Assembly: GCA_963790435.1 (NCBI GenBank)
Contig: CAWBOI010000006.1
Location: 97,758-161,757 of the forward strand
Reading direction: 5' to 3'
DNA: 64,000 bases
Source: an uncultured Chitinophagaceae bacterium
GTDB taxonomy: Bacteria; Bacteroidota; Bacteroidia; Chitinophagales; Chitinophagaceae
Shown: piece by piece, positions 49,300 through 59,916 of the stretch
Layout: every line of letters starts with the position of its first letter
Numbering within the stretch: position 1 is the stretch's first letter
The notes under the pieces: model-generated
What the model was told of the DNA's origin: nothing
The model's input: only the letters and a program-made list of their open reading frames with translations
Database searches by the model: none
Made by a program: the position numbers and the translations under genes

Positions 49300-50061
49300 A
49301 TGAAATGGTTTGCAGAAAAGGGTTCTATTGTTCGTAAAATCTGGGGTAGCGGCGATACCATCCTGTTTATTTTTGCAGGTTCGGCTGCTGAGTTTGCATT
49401 AAACAAAGCAGTTGACTGGCTCTACTTTACCGGCAGGCTTCCTGCCGATCCGTTAGGTCGTTTATTTTCAACGGTTACTTATGCACGACTGATTGTTTTT
49501 TCGGAAGAAGAAAAAGCGAATGCTGTGATTGATAAGATGGCGTTTATTCACGCAAAAGTAGAAGAGAACCGTGGTTCAAAAATACCCGATTGGGCTTACC
49601 GCGATGTGTTGTTTATGCTGATAGATTATTCCATTCGTGCATATGAAGTGTTGGTAAGAAAATTATCTTATGAAGAAAAAGGCGAAGTGTTCCTAACCTT
49701 CAACAAAGTGGGCTTGCGTATGGGTTTGAAAGATTTGCCCAACACATTTGCTGAATGGTTACTGGCGCGTGAACAACACTTAAATGAAGACACTGTTTAC
49801 AGCCAGTACACCGCAGATTTATTCCGCCAATATAAAAAACACCTTGGCGCCTTTCGCTATTTTTTATTAAGAGAAGGACAGAAGTTAGTCGTGCCAAAAA
49901 GAATAAACAAACTGCTTAGGTTGAGTAACGTTTCGCTGCTCATTCCGGTTGTTTTCGTTTACAAATTGTTTCGTGCTGTGAAGTTAGATTGGTTTTTAAA
50001 AAGCCTTATTTTACCTAACGAATACAAGAAGCAAATTAAAGAGTTAGACGTAGTTTCATAA
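49300..50061 (+). CDS. MpaB/DUF2236 oxygenase-like protein
   Basis: SIVRKIWG, FAGSAAEFALNKAVDWL, IHAKVE, YRDVLFMLIDY; start at ATG 49300. Confidence 0.75.
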   Translation: MKWFAEKGSIVRKIWGSGDTILFIFAGSAAEFALNKAVDWLYFTGRLPADPLGRLFSTVTYARLIVFSEEEKANAVIDKMAFIHAKVEENRGSKIPDWAYRDVLFMLIDYSIRAYEVLVRKLSYEEKGEVFLTFNKVGLRMGLKDLPNTFAEWLLAREQHLNEDTVYSQYTADLFRQYKKHLGAFRYFLLREGQKLVVPKRINKLLRLSNVSLLIPVVFVYKLFRAVKLDWFLKSLILPNEYKKQIKELDVVS

Positions 50062-50085
50062 TTGTTTTCTTATTGGCTTCTACAA

Positions 50086-50178
50086 CTTGTATCTTGTTCC
50101 TTGCCTCTTGTTTCCTGTAACTTGTATCTTCTTTCTTGTCTCTTACTCCTTGTTTCTTGAACCTTGTAACTTGTATCT
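50086..50178. repeat. Degenerate tandem heptamer array (CTTGNNN)
   Basis: cttgtat cttgttc cttgcct cttgttt cctgtaa cttgtat ... about 13 units; same family at 47555-47597 and, inverted, at 35776-35812. Confidence 0.75.
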
Positions 50179-50182
50179 TTTT

Positions 50183-51331
50183 ATGCTTTCTATTCAGTCA
50201 AAATTGCCCGATGTTGGCACTTCTATTTTCACTGTAATGAGCCGTTTGGCACAGGAACACAATGCGGTGAACATGGGCCAGGGCTTTCCCGATTTTCCAA
50301 TGTCGCCAACATTGATAAATGCAGTTTGCAAAGCAATGAACGAAGGATATAACCAGTATGCGCACGCCAACGGGTTGCCCTTTTTACGCGAAGAAGTTTG
50401 CGCCCAAATCAAACGGTTATACAACGCAGATGTAAACTGGGAAACAGAGATCACCATTGTGCCTGGCGCTTCGTATGCCATTGCCATTGCACTGGCTTGC
50501 TTACTGCACCATGGCGATGAAGTACTTGTGATTGAACCGGCTTATGATAGTTATGTTCCCAACATTGTTGCCAATGGCGGCGTGCCGGTTTTTGTTTCGC
50601 TGCAATATCCCGATTATACAATTGATTGGGATGAAGTGAAGAAAAAAATTACGGCAAAAACTGGAGCTATTATCATCAATACACCACACAACCCAACGGG
50701 AAGTGTTTTGGAAGAAGAGGATATACAACAACTGATTAATATCACACAAAACACAAACATTGTTTTGATCAGTGATGAAGTGTATGAACACCTGATTTAC
50801 GATGGTAAACAACACCAAAGTATTGTAAAGTTTCCGGAGCTAAGGGAGCGCAGCTTTGCCTGTTTTTCGTTTGGCAAAACCTACCATTGTACGGGTTGGA
50901 AAATCGGCTATTGCATTGCCGGTGAAATGTTGATGAAAGAGTTTCGAAAGCTGCATCAGTTTACTGCTTTCAGCACAAATACGCCGATGCAGGTTGGCCT
51001 TGCAACTGTGCTGCAAAGCGAACCATCTTCCTCTTTATTAAGCCATTTCATGCAGCAAAAACGCGATTATTTTCGAAAGTTGATGAGCGATACATCTTTT
51101 GCTCCTTTGCCTTGTTTCGGCAGCTTTTTTCAGTGTTACAGCTATGAAAATTTCAGTGATAAAAATGATAAAGAAATGGCGATTGATCTGGTGAAAGAAC
51201 AAGGCGTTGCAACCATTCCGTTATCGGCTTTTTACCAAGATGCAACCGACAATAAAGTGTTGCGGTTTTGTTTTGCCAAGAAAGAAAGCACTTTAGAGGA
51301 AGCAGCTCACCGACTGCATCGCTTGCAATAA
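50183..51331 (+). CDS. Methionine aminotransferase YbdL-like (class I/II PLP)
   Basis: VNMGQGFPDF, NTPHNPTG, SDEVYEH, SFGKTYHCTGWKIGY, RFCFAK. Confidence 0.88.
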   Translation: MLSIQSKLPDVGTSIFTVMSRLAQEHNAVNMGQGFPDFPMSPTLINAVCKAMNEGYNQYAHANGLPFLREEVCAQIKRLYNADVNWETEITIVPGASYAIAIALACLLHHGDEVLVIEPAYDSYVPNIVANGGVPVFVSLQYPDYTIDWDEVKKKITAKTGAIIINTPHNPTGSVLEEEDIQQLINITQNTNIVLISDEVYEHLIYDGKQHQSIVKFPELRERSFACFSFGKTYHCTGWKIGYCIAGEMLMKEFRKLHQFTAFSTNTPMQVGLATVLQSEPSSSLLSHFMQQKRDYFRKLMSDTSFAPLPCFGSFFQCYSYENFSDKNDKEMAIDLVKEQGVATIPLSAFYQDATDNKVLRFCFAKKESTLEEAAHRLHRLQ

Positions 51332-51477
51332 AGTGTACAGATTTTGTTGCGCCCTGTTATTGTAATAACAGCTTCTTGTTAAAAGCATTTTCATAAAGCA
51401 TCTATCACACCTGAATTTCGTATCTACCAAAATTGCTTTGTTTATAAAAATGCTTTCGTACCTTGAAACACATAACT

Positions 51478-51993
51478 ATGAAACATCTTTTCTTTATCCT
51501 TTTTATTTTTTTATTCTTTTTTGGCAAGGCCCAGAAGCTGACAAGAATGGTTGATAGCTACTCCGGCGATAGCACCGTCAGTACAGGTTTTGATACATTG
51601 AGCTTAGGAAAATTAAATGAAAGCCACCCGATGCCTGACCGCGTAGTAGGCGTGAAAACAGTGCATAAAAAGCAAAGCCAGTACTGGCTGTTCTTTTATT
51701 TTTCAACATCCGACATTACGCAGCATCCGGTGAACATCAGCAAAAAGAACTTTGCTTATTTCGTAAAACCAAACAACGAATATTTGCGCATTCCATACAC
51801 CGGAAAACCAACCACGTATTCGGGTAAAGACAATGCCGGATTCTTTCTCAACATAACTAACTATTTGGATCGCCTGCAGACTGCCAAAATCAAATTCATT
51901 CGTTTTGAAACGTCGCAACTGTATCACGAAATTATTCTTCCCGAAAACAAATCGAAGGCAATTGCCAATATTGTGAATATGCTTGTTGAGTGA
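51478..51993 (+). CDS. Hypothetical secreted protein
   Basis: Signal peptide MKHLFFILFIFLFFFGKAQ; no recognised domain. Confidence 0.7.
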   Translation: MKHLFFILFIFLFFFGKAQKLTRMVDSYSGDSTVSTGFDTLSLGKLNESHPMPDRVVGVKTVHKKQSQYWLFFYFSTSDITQHPVNISKKNFAYFVKPNNEYLRIPYTGKPTTYSGKDNAGFFLNITNYLDRLQTAKIKFIRFETSQLYHEIILPENKSKAIANIVNMLVE

Positions 51994-52003
51994 AGTTGAT
52001 GTC

Positions 52004-52039
52004 GTCATTCCGCCCCACAGTACTGTGGAAGTGGAATGA
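52004..52039. repeat. REP-like hairpin (GTCATTCCGC family)
   Basis: gtcattccgc-cccacagtactgtgg-aagtggaatga. Confidence 0.6.
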
Positions 52040-52107
52040 AGGCACCCAAATTTCAAAACATATTACTAACAAACGCACCGGTTAAATTCATTGGTTTGGT
52101 TTTGCCC

Positions 52108-52115
52108 TAATTTTG
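52108..52115 (+). promoter_or_regulatory. -7 element (ypdA-like gene)
   Basis: TAATTTTG 5 nt before the ATG. Confidence 0.55.
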
Positions 52116-52120
52116 TAAGT

Positions 52121-53104
52121 ATGAACAAATACGATGTGTTGATTATTGGCGGCGGTCCCATTGGTTTGGCATGTGGCATTGCAGCAAAGAAAAACGGCTT
52201 GCGTTACATCATCATTGAAAAAGGGGCGCTGGTAAACAGCTTATTCAATTACCCCCTTTTCATGACTTTTTTTTCAACGTCGGAACGTTTGGAAATTGGC
52301 GGCGTGCCGTTTATGAGTTTGAGCGCAAAGCCCGGCAGGCAGGAAGCCATCGAATATTATCGGAGAGTAAAACAATTTTATGATGTAAACATTCATCTGT
52401 TTGAAGAAGTAAAATCGGTTGAGAAAAAAGAAGAGAACCAGTTTGTTGTTACGACTTCAAAAGGAAAATACGAAGCAGAAAATGTAGTGATTTCAACCGG
52501 CTTTTACGATGTACCTGTGATGATGAACATACCCGGCGAAGACCTGCCAAAAGTGAAGCATTATTACAAAGAGCCACATTTTTACGCGTTTCAAAGAGTG
52601 TTAGTCGTAGGCGCAAATAACAGCGCCGTGGATGCCGCTTTGGAAACCTGGCGGCGCGGCGCAGAAGTAACCATGGTGATACGCGGTGGTGAGATTGGAA
52701 AAGTAAAGTACTGGATAAAACCCGACATCGAAAACCGCATTAAAGAAGGCAGCATCAGGGCTTATTTTCATAGCTCGCTGGTAGAGATACGAGAAGGTGA
52801 AGTGGACATAGAAACGCCCGGTGGTTTGGTAACCACTGATAACGATTGGGTGCTGGCAATGACAGGCTACAAACCCAATTTTAAAATGCTTCGCGGTTTT
52901 GGCGTTGCCCTCGCCGATAACGAAAAACAATGTCCCACTTACAACCCCGAAACGATGGAAACCAATGTGCCGGGCATTTACCTTGCCGGCGTAGTGTGCG
53001 GAGGTATGGACACGCACATTTGGTTTATTGAAAATTCGCGCGAACATGCTGATAGAATAGCCAAAGCCATTGTTGAAAAAAGGAAGGAAATGGTTTTAGG
53101 GTAA
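52121..53104 (+). CDS. YpdA-family putative bacillithiol disulfide reductase
   Basis: GGGPIG, YPLFMTFFST, EAIEYYRR, HYYKEPH, FIENSREH. Confidence 0.85.
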   Translation: MNKYDVLIIGGGPIGLACGIAAKKNGLRYIIIEKGALVNSLFNYPLFMTFFSTSERLEIGGVPFMSLSAKPGRQEAIEYYRRVKQFYDVNIHLFEEVKSVEKKEENQFVVTTSKGKYEAENVVISTGFYDVPVMMNIPGEDLPKVKHYYKEPHFYAFQRVLVVGANNSAVDAALETWRRGAEVTMVIRGGEIGKVKYWIKPDIENRIKEGSIRAYFHSSLVEIREGEVDIETPGGLVTTDNDWVLAMTGYKPNFKMLRGFGVALADNEKQCPTYNPETMETNVPGIYLAGVVCGGMDTHIWFIENSREHADRIAKAIVEKRKEMVLG

Positions 53105-53162
53105 AAACAAAAGAAGCTTTCATTTAACGCTTCTTTATCAGCGGAAGCGAGCGAGTAAAATT

Positions 53163-53170
53163 TACATTTG
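53163..53170 (+). promoter_or_regulatory. -7 element
   Basis: TACATTTG 7 nt before ATG 53178. Confidence 0.55.
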
Positions 53171-53177
53171 TGAGACT

Positions 53178-54206
53178 ATGAAACGCGTTGTTTTCTTCTT
53201 GTGTGGTTGCTTATTGGTTTCTGCCCTTTCTGCTCAGTCGCTTACCGGTATTTGGCGTGGTTATTTTTACTCAGGCATTGGCATGTTTCGCCAGCAGTAT
53301 AAGTACGAAGTACAATTCAATCAGTTAAAAAACAAAGCGCTTCATGGTGTTACGTATTCTTACAACACCACTTCCTTTTATGGCAAAGCGGGTTTGCGCG
53401 GCATCTTTCAAAATGCCGCCAATTCAGTAATCATGAAAGAAGATACCTTGCTGGAAGTGCGTGGCAATGCAGGACAAACCTGCCTGATGACCTGCTATCT
53501 CGATTACAGCAAAGACGGCAAAACAGAAATATTGCAAGGCTCGTTTATCTCTGTTGGAACTACCACTGGCACCGATTGCGGCAGCGGTTCTGTGTATTTG
53601 GAAAGAGTTGAAAATTCTGATTTTACCAAAGAAGATTTTTTATTGAAAAAACCAGCCGAACCTAAAATTGCGGCAAAACCAAAAGCACCATCAACCACAC
53701 CACCGGTAGCGAAAACATTGCCACCGCATCACATTCACAGAGATACAGCTGTTGTATTTAAAAAGAAAGGGGACACAGCTTTGTTGCATCCGTTGAATGA
53801 TACATTGGTAAAGAAAATAGCGGCTCCGCCAGCGCCCCTTCCTCCGGCTTTAAAGCAACGGAAAAACGATTTGGTAAGAACCATTGTTACCACTTCGCCC
53901 GACATCAAAATTGACTTGTACGACAACGGCGAAATTGACGGCGATACCATTACCGTATATCACAACAACGAGGTGATGGCGTATAAAAGAGGGTTGAGCG
54001 ATAAAGCCATTACTTTACATGTAACTGCAACGCCACAGAATAACATTCACGAGTTTGTGATGTTTGCCGATAATATGGGTAAAATTCCACCGAATACGGC
54101 GTTGATGGTGATTACCACAGGCGGCAAACGCTATGAGCTTTCGCTGGTGTCAACGAAAGAAAAAAATGCAAAAGTGATTGTGGAATATCAACCCGAAAAA
54201 TTATAG
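53178..54206 (+). CDS. Hypothetical secreted two-domain protein with a Pro/Lys-rich linker
   Basis: Signal peptide, QSLTGIWRGYF N-domain, PAEPKIAAKPKAP linker, YDNGEIDGD C-domain. Confidence 0.75.
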   Translation: MKRVVFFLCGCLLVSALSAQSLTGIWRGYFYSGIGMFRQQYKYEVQFNQLKNKALHGVTYSYNTTSFYGKAGLRGIFQNAANSVIMKEDTLLEVRGNAGQTCLMTCYLDYSKDGKTEILQGSFISVGTTTGTDCGSGSVYLERVENSDFTKEDFLLKKPAEPKIAAKPKAPSTTPPVAKTLPPHHIHRDTAVVFKKKGDTALLHPLNDTLVKKIAAPPAPLPPALKQRKNDLVRTIVTTSPDIKIDLYDNGEIDGDTITVYHNNEVMAYKRGLSDKAITLHVTATPQNNIHEFVMFADNMGKIPPNTALMVITTGGKRYELSLVSTKEKNAKVIVEYQPEKL

Positions 54207-54210
54207 ATTA

Positions 54211-54930
54211 TCAATGCAACCGGATGCCCAGTTGAAGGGTTGTATCAAACAGGTTGATTGTATCTGTTCTTGGTACTCTCCATTTGTTCTCTAAAAACAA
54301 AGTGTAATAACCACCTGTTGTAAGGCTTTTGTTGGTGAACTTGGCAAGCGTGTCTTTGCTTCCACTTTTAATAGCGTAAAAGTTATACGTTCCCACTTTC
54401 GAGCCAATAAATGAGTTGATAGAATCGCTGCTAATGTCATTGCTAATGCTTCTGTTTTTCCATAGCGTTTTGTGGTTCGTGCTATCAGAGTACGAGTAAA
54501 TATCAACGGCGGGTGCATCGGGTGAAAAGTTAAAGAATCGCAGGTACAATGTATCTGTTGCTGTGCCCAGATTGTCTTTTATAAAAATGGTCTTTATGGC
54601 ACGTAAAGTATCAATTAAAAAAAGAGAGTAATAGTTGTTTGCAGTTGTTGTAAGGCTTGTATCAACCAACATCTGTCCTGATGTGGTTTGTGCTATCAAT
54701 GTTGTGCTTACCGATGTTGACTGATTGTACAACGTATAATTTCCAAAAGGCAAGCTGGTAGCGGTGTTGGTGCCGTTTATAAATACATTTATTTTAGGTG
54801 CATCGGGCGACAAAGCCCACACGCTGATAAGGGCTGCCGGTTGCGAATCATTGGTTCCTTTATCCACTTTGCAACCATTCATCAACAATAAAAAACAACA
54901 GAAAAAAATAAAGAAAAACCTGTTCATCAT
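54211..54930 (-). CDS. DUF4397 domain lipoprotein
   Basis: Lipobox-like LMNGC, SPDAP motif twice, YSLFLIDT; start set at MMNRFFF. Confidence 0.78.
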   Translation of the reverse strand: MMNRFFFIFFCCFLLLMNGCKVDKGTNDSQPAALISVWALSPDAPKINVFINGTNTATSLPFGNYTLYNQSTSVSTTLIAQTTSGQMLVDTSLTTTANNYYSLFLIDTLRAIKTIFIKDNLGTATDTLYLRFFNFSPDAPAVDIYSYSDSTNHKTLWKNRSISNDISSDSINSFIGSKVGTYNFYAIKSGSKDTLAKFTNKSLTTGGYYTLFLENKWRVPRTDTINLFDTTLQLGIRLH

Positions 54931-55086
54931 AATACTAAGTTTGCGTATGGTTGTTGGTTGCATCCAAGCTATTTTTTTAACAAAAACAAACCACTTGTAT
55001 CTTTTCAGAAGCAAAATAAAGTGAGTTTTGTTTTGCACTATTTTCAAACAACACAACGTGTTTGCTACCATTAAATTGTAACGTTT

Positions 55087-56517
55087 ATGCCGCACGAAGC
55101 TATATCGGCTTTTGATATTTTAAAAATCGGAGTTGGGCCATCGAGTTCACACACCTTAGGTCCGTGGCGTGCAGCGTTGCTGTTTGTTGACGAAATAAAA
55201 AAGAAGCACAACATTCAAGGGCTTACTTCATTACAAGTGTTGTTGTATGGCTCTTTGGCGAAAACAGGTAAAGGTCATGGAACTGATATTGCGGTGCAGA
55301 TGGGCTTGTTGGGCGAAGACCCCGTAACCATCGACGTTTCACTCATTTTTACCAAAATAAAAAACATAGAAGAGACAGAAAATATTTGTGTGGATGGTAA
55401 TAAAGGGCTTCATTTTTCACCGGCACAAGACATCGTTTTTTTGATGGATGAAGTATTGCCGTTTCATCCCAACGGCCTTTCGTTTTTGGCTTCTTTTGAA
55501 GGAGGTGAGAATATCAGTGAAACCTATTATTCTGTGGGTGGTGGTTTTGTGGTGAAAGAAGGCAGAAATGCTTCTGCTACGCAAACCATACCCGACCTGC
55601 CGTTTCCCATCAACACTTCTGCCGACTTGCTATTTTGGTGCATGAAAACCGGCTTGCCCATTTCGGGTATTGTGCTGGAAAACGAAAATGCCTGGCGACC
55701 TGAAAGCGAGACGCGGCAAGGCTTACAGGCTGTTTGGAATGTGATGAAGCATTGCATATATCGTGGCTGTCATACCAATGGTGAATTGCCTGGCGGTTTG
55801 CATGTGCGGCGGCGTTCCTTCGATTTGAACAAACGCCTCACCGCAGGTAAACACTATGATAGTATTGATGAATGGATGAATGTGATAAAACAAAGTGCCA
55901 ATAATTTTCATGAAGTGCTCGATTGGATCAGTTGTTTTGCTTTGGCTGTGAACGAAGAGAATGCTTCATTTGGCAGGGTGGTAACGGCACCTACCAATGG
56001 CGCAGCGGGCGTAATTCCTGCGGTGCTGATGTATTTTATTTTGTTCTGCAATGGCAACACCGATGCGCAGATTGAACGGTTTTTATTAACAGCTTCTGAA
56101 GTGGGAAGCATTTTTAAAAAAGGAGCTACAATATCGGCTGCGATGGGTGGCTGCCAGGCGGAAATTGGTGTGTCGTCTTCCATGGCTGCGGCGGCTTTAA
56201 CAGAAGCCTTGGGCGGCACACAACGCCAGGCATTGATGGCAGCGGAAATTGCAATGGAGCATCATTTGGGAATGACCTGCGATCCCGTTGGCGGTTTGGT
56301 GCAAGTGCCCTGCATCGAGCGCAACACGATGGGAGCCATCAAAGCGATTACCGCTTCGCAACTGGCTTTGCAAAGCATGCCCGATTATGCAAAGGTGTCG
56401 TTGGATGCAGTGGTAAACACCATGTGGGCAACTGCTGTTGATATGAATGTGAAGTATAAAGAAACGGCGGAAGGCGGTTTGGCAATTCAACTGCCGTTGG
56501 GTATGAAGGAATGTTGA
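55087..56517 (+). CDS. sdaA: L-serine ammonia-lyase (Fe-S, single chain)
   Basis: [56 protein letters not shown]. Confidence 0.95.
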   Translation: MPHEAISAFDILKIGVGPSSSHTLGPWRAALLFVDEIKKKHNIQGLTSLQVLLYGSLAKTGKGHGTDIAVQMGLLGEDPVTIDVSLIFTKIKNIEETENICVDGNKGLHFSPAQDIVFLMDEVLPFHPNGLSFLASFEGGENISETYYSVGGGFVVKEGRNASATQTIPDLPFPINTSADLLFWCMKTGLPISGIVLENENAWRPESETRQGLQAVWNVMKHCIYRGCHTNGELPGGLHVRRRSFDLNKRLTAGKHYDSIDEWMNVIKQSANNFHEVLDWISCFALAVNEENASFGRVVTAPTNGAAGVIPAVLMYFILFCNGNTDAQIERFLLTASEVGSIFKKGATISAAMGGCQAEIGVSSSMAAAALTEALGGTQRQALMAAEIAMEHHLGMTCDPVGGLVQVPCIERNTMGAIKAITASQLALQSMPDYAKVSLDAVVNTMWATAVDMNVKYKETAEGGLAIQLPLGMKEC

Positions 56518-56619
56518 GTGTGCGCATTGAACATACATTCAAATTGATATTTTACCAAATGGTTAAATTGTTTTCATTGTAAAAATTTATCAAAACAAAA
56601 CCATCCATACAACCAAAGA

Positions 56620-57951
56620 ATGAATGCACCTCGCAAACCAAAACAACTGAAACCCTTACAACTCATTGCTGTTATTTTTCTTACCGTTTCCGGTGGTCCG
56701 TATGGATTAGAACCGTTGCTGGTGTATGCGAACCAACATGCGGCTTTGCTGCTATTATTGGTAACGCCTTTGTTGTGGGATGTACCTGCTATACTCACCG
56801 TGCTGGAATTAAATAGCATGATGCCTGTTGAAGGTGGTTATTATCAGTGGGTGAAACGTGGGCTGGGCTTGCGCTGGGCATTTTATGAAGGCTGGTGGAC
56901 GTGGTTGTACACCTTTGCCGATCTTGCCATTTATCCGGTGTTGTTTTCGGAATATATTCTTTACTTTTTTCCAGGTGCAGAAGCATACAAAATTCCAATC
57001 GGCTTGCTGGTCATCTGGAGCAGCGCATTGCTTAACATCATCGGCATTGTGCCGGTTGGCAAAGTAGCAACGGTGCTAAGCGGGATTGTAATTGTACCTT
57101 TTTTAATCTTGATTGGAACTGCCATAATCTCTTCACATTTTTCTTTTCATCTGCCCAAACCTTCGTTACACGGTATGAGCTTTTCAGCAGTTGGTATCTC
57201 TCTTTACGCCATCATCTGGAACTTTATTGGATGGGACAATGCGACTACTTATGCCGGTGAAGTAGAGAAGCCGGTGCGTTCTTATATCATTACCAACTTC
57301 GTTGTTTTTGCCCTTGTTTTGTGCATGTATTTGCTTACTGTTTTCACGGTGCAGCAACTACCAATAAAGCCTGAAGTGCTAGAGCAGCAAGGCTTTCCAG
57401 CGGCAGGTGAACTATTGGGCGGTTATTGGTTGGGCGCTTTGCTGTCGGTTGGTGGTTTGGCAAGTGCACTGGGTTTGTTTTCATCGGTTTTATTGTCGGT
57501 TTCGCGTGTGCCCAAAGTAATGGCAGATGATAAATTGCTTCCCAAACAACTCGATGCCATGCATCCAAAATTCGGAACGCCATACGTTTCCATTTTGATT
57601 TGCGCTGTTGTGGTAAGTCTGATGATGGTATGGTCGCTGGAAGAATTGTTTGTAATAGATGTGATGATTTATGGCGCAGGTTTGTTTGTTGAATTTGTTA
57701 CTTTAATTGCTCTGCGAAAGAAGGAACCCAATGCGCATCGCCCTTTTAAAATTCCGGTAAAAACAAACGGCTTGTACGTGATGCTTTTTATTCCTTTGGC
57801 AATTTATAGCATTGCAATTATGGGTTCTTTGTCGAAAGAAAACGCTGGTTTTGCCAGGCCGGTTTTATTTGCTGTTTGTGCTTTGCTTTCGGCAGAAATA
57901 GTTTGGCAAATCATACGTTTGCGGAAGAAAAACAAAAGGGTTGCACCATGA
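56620..57951 (+). CDS. APC family amino acid/polyamine permease
   Basis: VSGGPYGLE, EGGYYQWV, WNFIGWD, about 12 TMs. Confidence 0.88.
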   Translation: MNAPRKPKQLKPLQLIAVIFLTVSGGPYGLEPLLVYANQHAALLLLLVTPLLWDVPAILTVLELNSMMPVEGGYYQWVKRGLGLRWAFYEGWWTWLYTFADLAIYPVLFSEYILYFFPGAEAYKIPIGLLVIWSSALLNIIGIVPVGKVATVLSGIVIVPFLILIGTAIISSHFSFHLPKPSLHGMSFSAVGISLYAIIWNFIGWDNATTYAGEVEKPVRSYIITNFVVFALVLCMYLLTVFTVQQLPIKPEVLEQQGFPAAGELLGGYWLGALLSVGGLASALGLFSSVLLSVSRVPKVMADDKLLPKQLDAMHPKFGTPYVSILICAVVVSLMMVWSLEELFVIDVMIYGAGLFVEFVTLIALRKKEPNAHRPFKIPVKTNGLYVMLFIPLAIYSIAIMGSLSKENAGFARPVLFAVCALLSAEIVWQIIRLRKKNKRVAP

Positions 57952-59255
57952 CATTTTCAAAGCTATTGGCGCAAAGCCTTATCTGGCGTGGGTTCTACTT
58001 CATCACTTTGTTTGGTGTGAATGTGATGTTGTCCCGAACCTTACAAGCATCGGGCAGCGGCATTTTATTTTATTTCGTTAACACTTTTTTTATTGTGCAG
58101 TTGGTAGCAAGTGTATGTTTGGAAAACGGACTCACCTTTTTTTCTGCAAGTAGTAAAATTGCATCCTCAAAATTGTTTTGGCTTTGCATATTATGGACGG
58201 CCATTATTGTTGTTCTTCAACTCGTTGTTTTCTGTTTTGCAAATGGCGCTTTTATTGATAAAACCAAAGCCCTATATGCGTTTTGTTACATCACCGGCTC
58301 ACTGCTCATCACATACAGTTCAAACCTGTTTTATGCAGATAAAAACTTTGTTGTACCGAATGTAATTTTATCTCTCTTCAATTTGATGTTTGTTGTTTTT
58401 CTTTTGTTTCCAAATCAAATTTTTGGTGAGGAAAAGTTATCTCGTATTTCCACTTTTTATTTTGCCCTTTTTTTGCTGCAAGGCGTAAGCATTGCAGCCG
58501 CTTATCTGGTTCAAAACCAATGCTGGCGCGAGTTTGCACTACCTCATAAAAATGAGGTCAAACAATTTTTTCGTTATTCAATCACCGTTCTCCTCTTTAA
58601 TGTTCTTTTGTTTTTTGTATATCGTGTAGATTATTATTTTGTGAGATACAGTCCTGTTTGCACCACAGCCGATCTGGGCAATTATATACAAGCCTCAAAG
58701 CTGGGACAGATGTTGCTGGTGGTGCCGCAAATCATTGGCAGCGCAGTGTATCCGCAGGTGTCTTCGGGCAAAGAAATAAGAAGTGTAAGCCGCATTATTT
58801 TGTTGCTGATAAAGCTCATCGCAGTTTTATTCTTCGTTTTGTTTTGCCTTATTTTTTTCATTGGCAAATGGCTCTTTCCTTTTTTACTGGGCAATACATT
58901 TCAGCAAGTGCAAACTCCTTTTTTATTGCTGTTGCCAGGTATTTATAGTCTGGCAATTATATCTTTTGTTTCTAATTTTTTTTCAGGACAAGGCAATGTG
59001 AAAATCAGCGTGCGCGCGGCTTTCATCGCTTTGCTGGTTGTTGTGATTGGTGATTTTGTTTTTGTGCAAAAATGGGGAATCGTAGCGGCTGCTATGGTAA
59101 GCTCGGTAGGCTATTGCATAATGTTTACTCCTTATTGGTTCCATTTTAAAAGAACAGCTAATGTATCGTTCCGGGATTTTTTTAAATTGAACAGCGAAGA
59201 TATTTCGTTAGTGAAAGAAGTGTTTCGAAAAGAAAAAAGAGCATCAACCAAATAA
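57948..59255 (+). CDS. Polysaccharide flippase (Wzx/MOP family)
   Basis: About 12 TMs, YRVDYYFV and LGNYIQASKLGQ; ATG overlaps the APC stop codon (ATGA). Confidence 0.75.
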   Translation: MTFSKLLAQSLIWRGFYFITLFGVNVMLSRTLQASGSGILFYFVNTFFIVQLVASVCLENGLTFFSASSKIASSKLFWLCILWTAIIVVLQLVVFCFANGAFIDKTKALYAFCYITGSLLITYSSNLFYADKNFVVPNVILSLFNLMFVVFLLFPNQIFGEEKLSRISTFYFALFLLQGVSIAAAYLVQNQCWREFALPHKNEVKQFFRYSITVLLFNVLLFFVYRVDYYFVRYSPVCTTADLGNYIQASKLGQMLLVVPQIIGSAVYPQVSSGKEIRSVSRIILLLIKLIAVLFFVLFCLIFFIGKWLFPFLLGNTFQQVQTPFLLLLPGIYSLAIISFVSNFFSGQGNVKISVRAAFIALLVVVIGDFVFVQKWGIVAAAMVSSVGYCIMFTPYWFHFKRTANVSFRDFFKLNSEDISLVKEVFRKEKRASTK

Positions 59256-59315
59256 ACCAATGGCATTGCCATCATTTTTGTTTCAACCATAAATTCTTAT
59301 TCCACATGCTACCAT

Positions 59316-59714
59316 TCATAACGCATCTGCACCGGCTTCCGCAACTTTTTGATCCTGATTCACCAATCCGCCGCTCACGCCAACCGCACCAATAATGTTT
59401 TTCTGAGAATCTTTCAGCAACACACCACCGGGAAAAGAAATCAAGCCACCGTTGGATATTTCAATGCCATACAATGGCTCGCCCGGCTGGGAAAGCTTGC
59501 CTAAATCGCCGCTGTTCATATCAAAAAAGTTGGCGGTTTTCGCTTTTTTTATGGCAATGTCTATCGAGCCTAACCATGCTCCATCCATGCGTACAAAGGC
59601 AACCAAATTGCCACCTCTGTCAACTACTGCAATGTTCATTTGCACTTTACTATCTCTTGCTTTTTCTTTAGCAGCCGCTATTACTTTCTCAGCTTGTTCC
59701 AGTGTGAGGTTCAT
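59316..59714 (-). CDS. GlcG/HbpS heme-binding protein
   Basis: [39 protein letters not shown]. Confidence 0.9.
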   Translation of the reverse strand: MNLTLEQAEKVIAAAKEKARDSKVQMNIAVVDRGGNLVAFVRMDGAWLGSIDIAIKKAKTANFFDMNSGDLGKLSQPGEPLYGIEISNGGLISFPGGVLLKDSQKNIIGAVGVSGGLVNQDQKVAEAGADAL

Positions 59715-59916
59715 AAAAAATGAATTTAAAATAAAGGTAAAACCAAAATAGTTCCGTTGTATTGATTTCTATTATCTGCGGTTTGAATGAAAGCAAACCG
59801 GCTCGTTGTTTTTGAAGCAAACATTTTTACTGCGTTCAATTCTTTTTGCAATCATCTTTGTTGTTTGCTTTACATTCTGCCATTCAAGAACATTCATTGA
59901 AATATTCAAACCGTTT

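Noticed and set aside
50086-50178. Tandem repeats as a CRISPR array
   Set aside because: The units are 7 nt with no unique spacers, and no cas genes are present.
59760-59916. SAM riboswitch upstream of the trans-sulfuration enzyme
   Set aside because: Only a short hairpin (cggtttg/caaaccg) is present, and no SAM-I or SAM-II core could be recognised.
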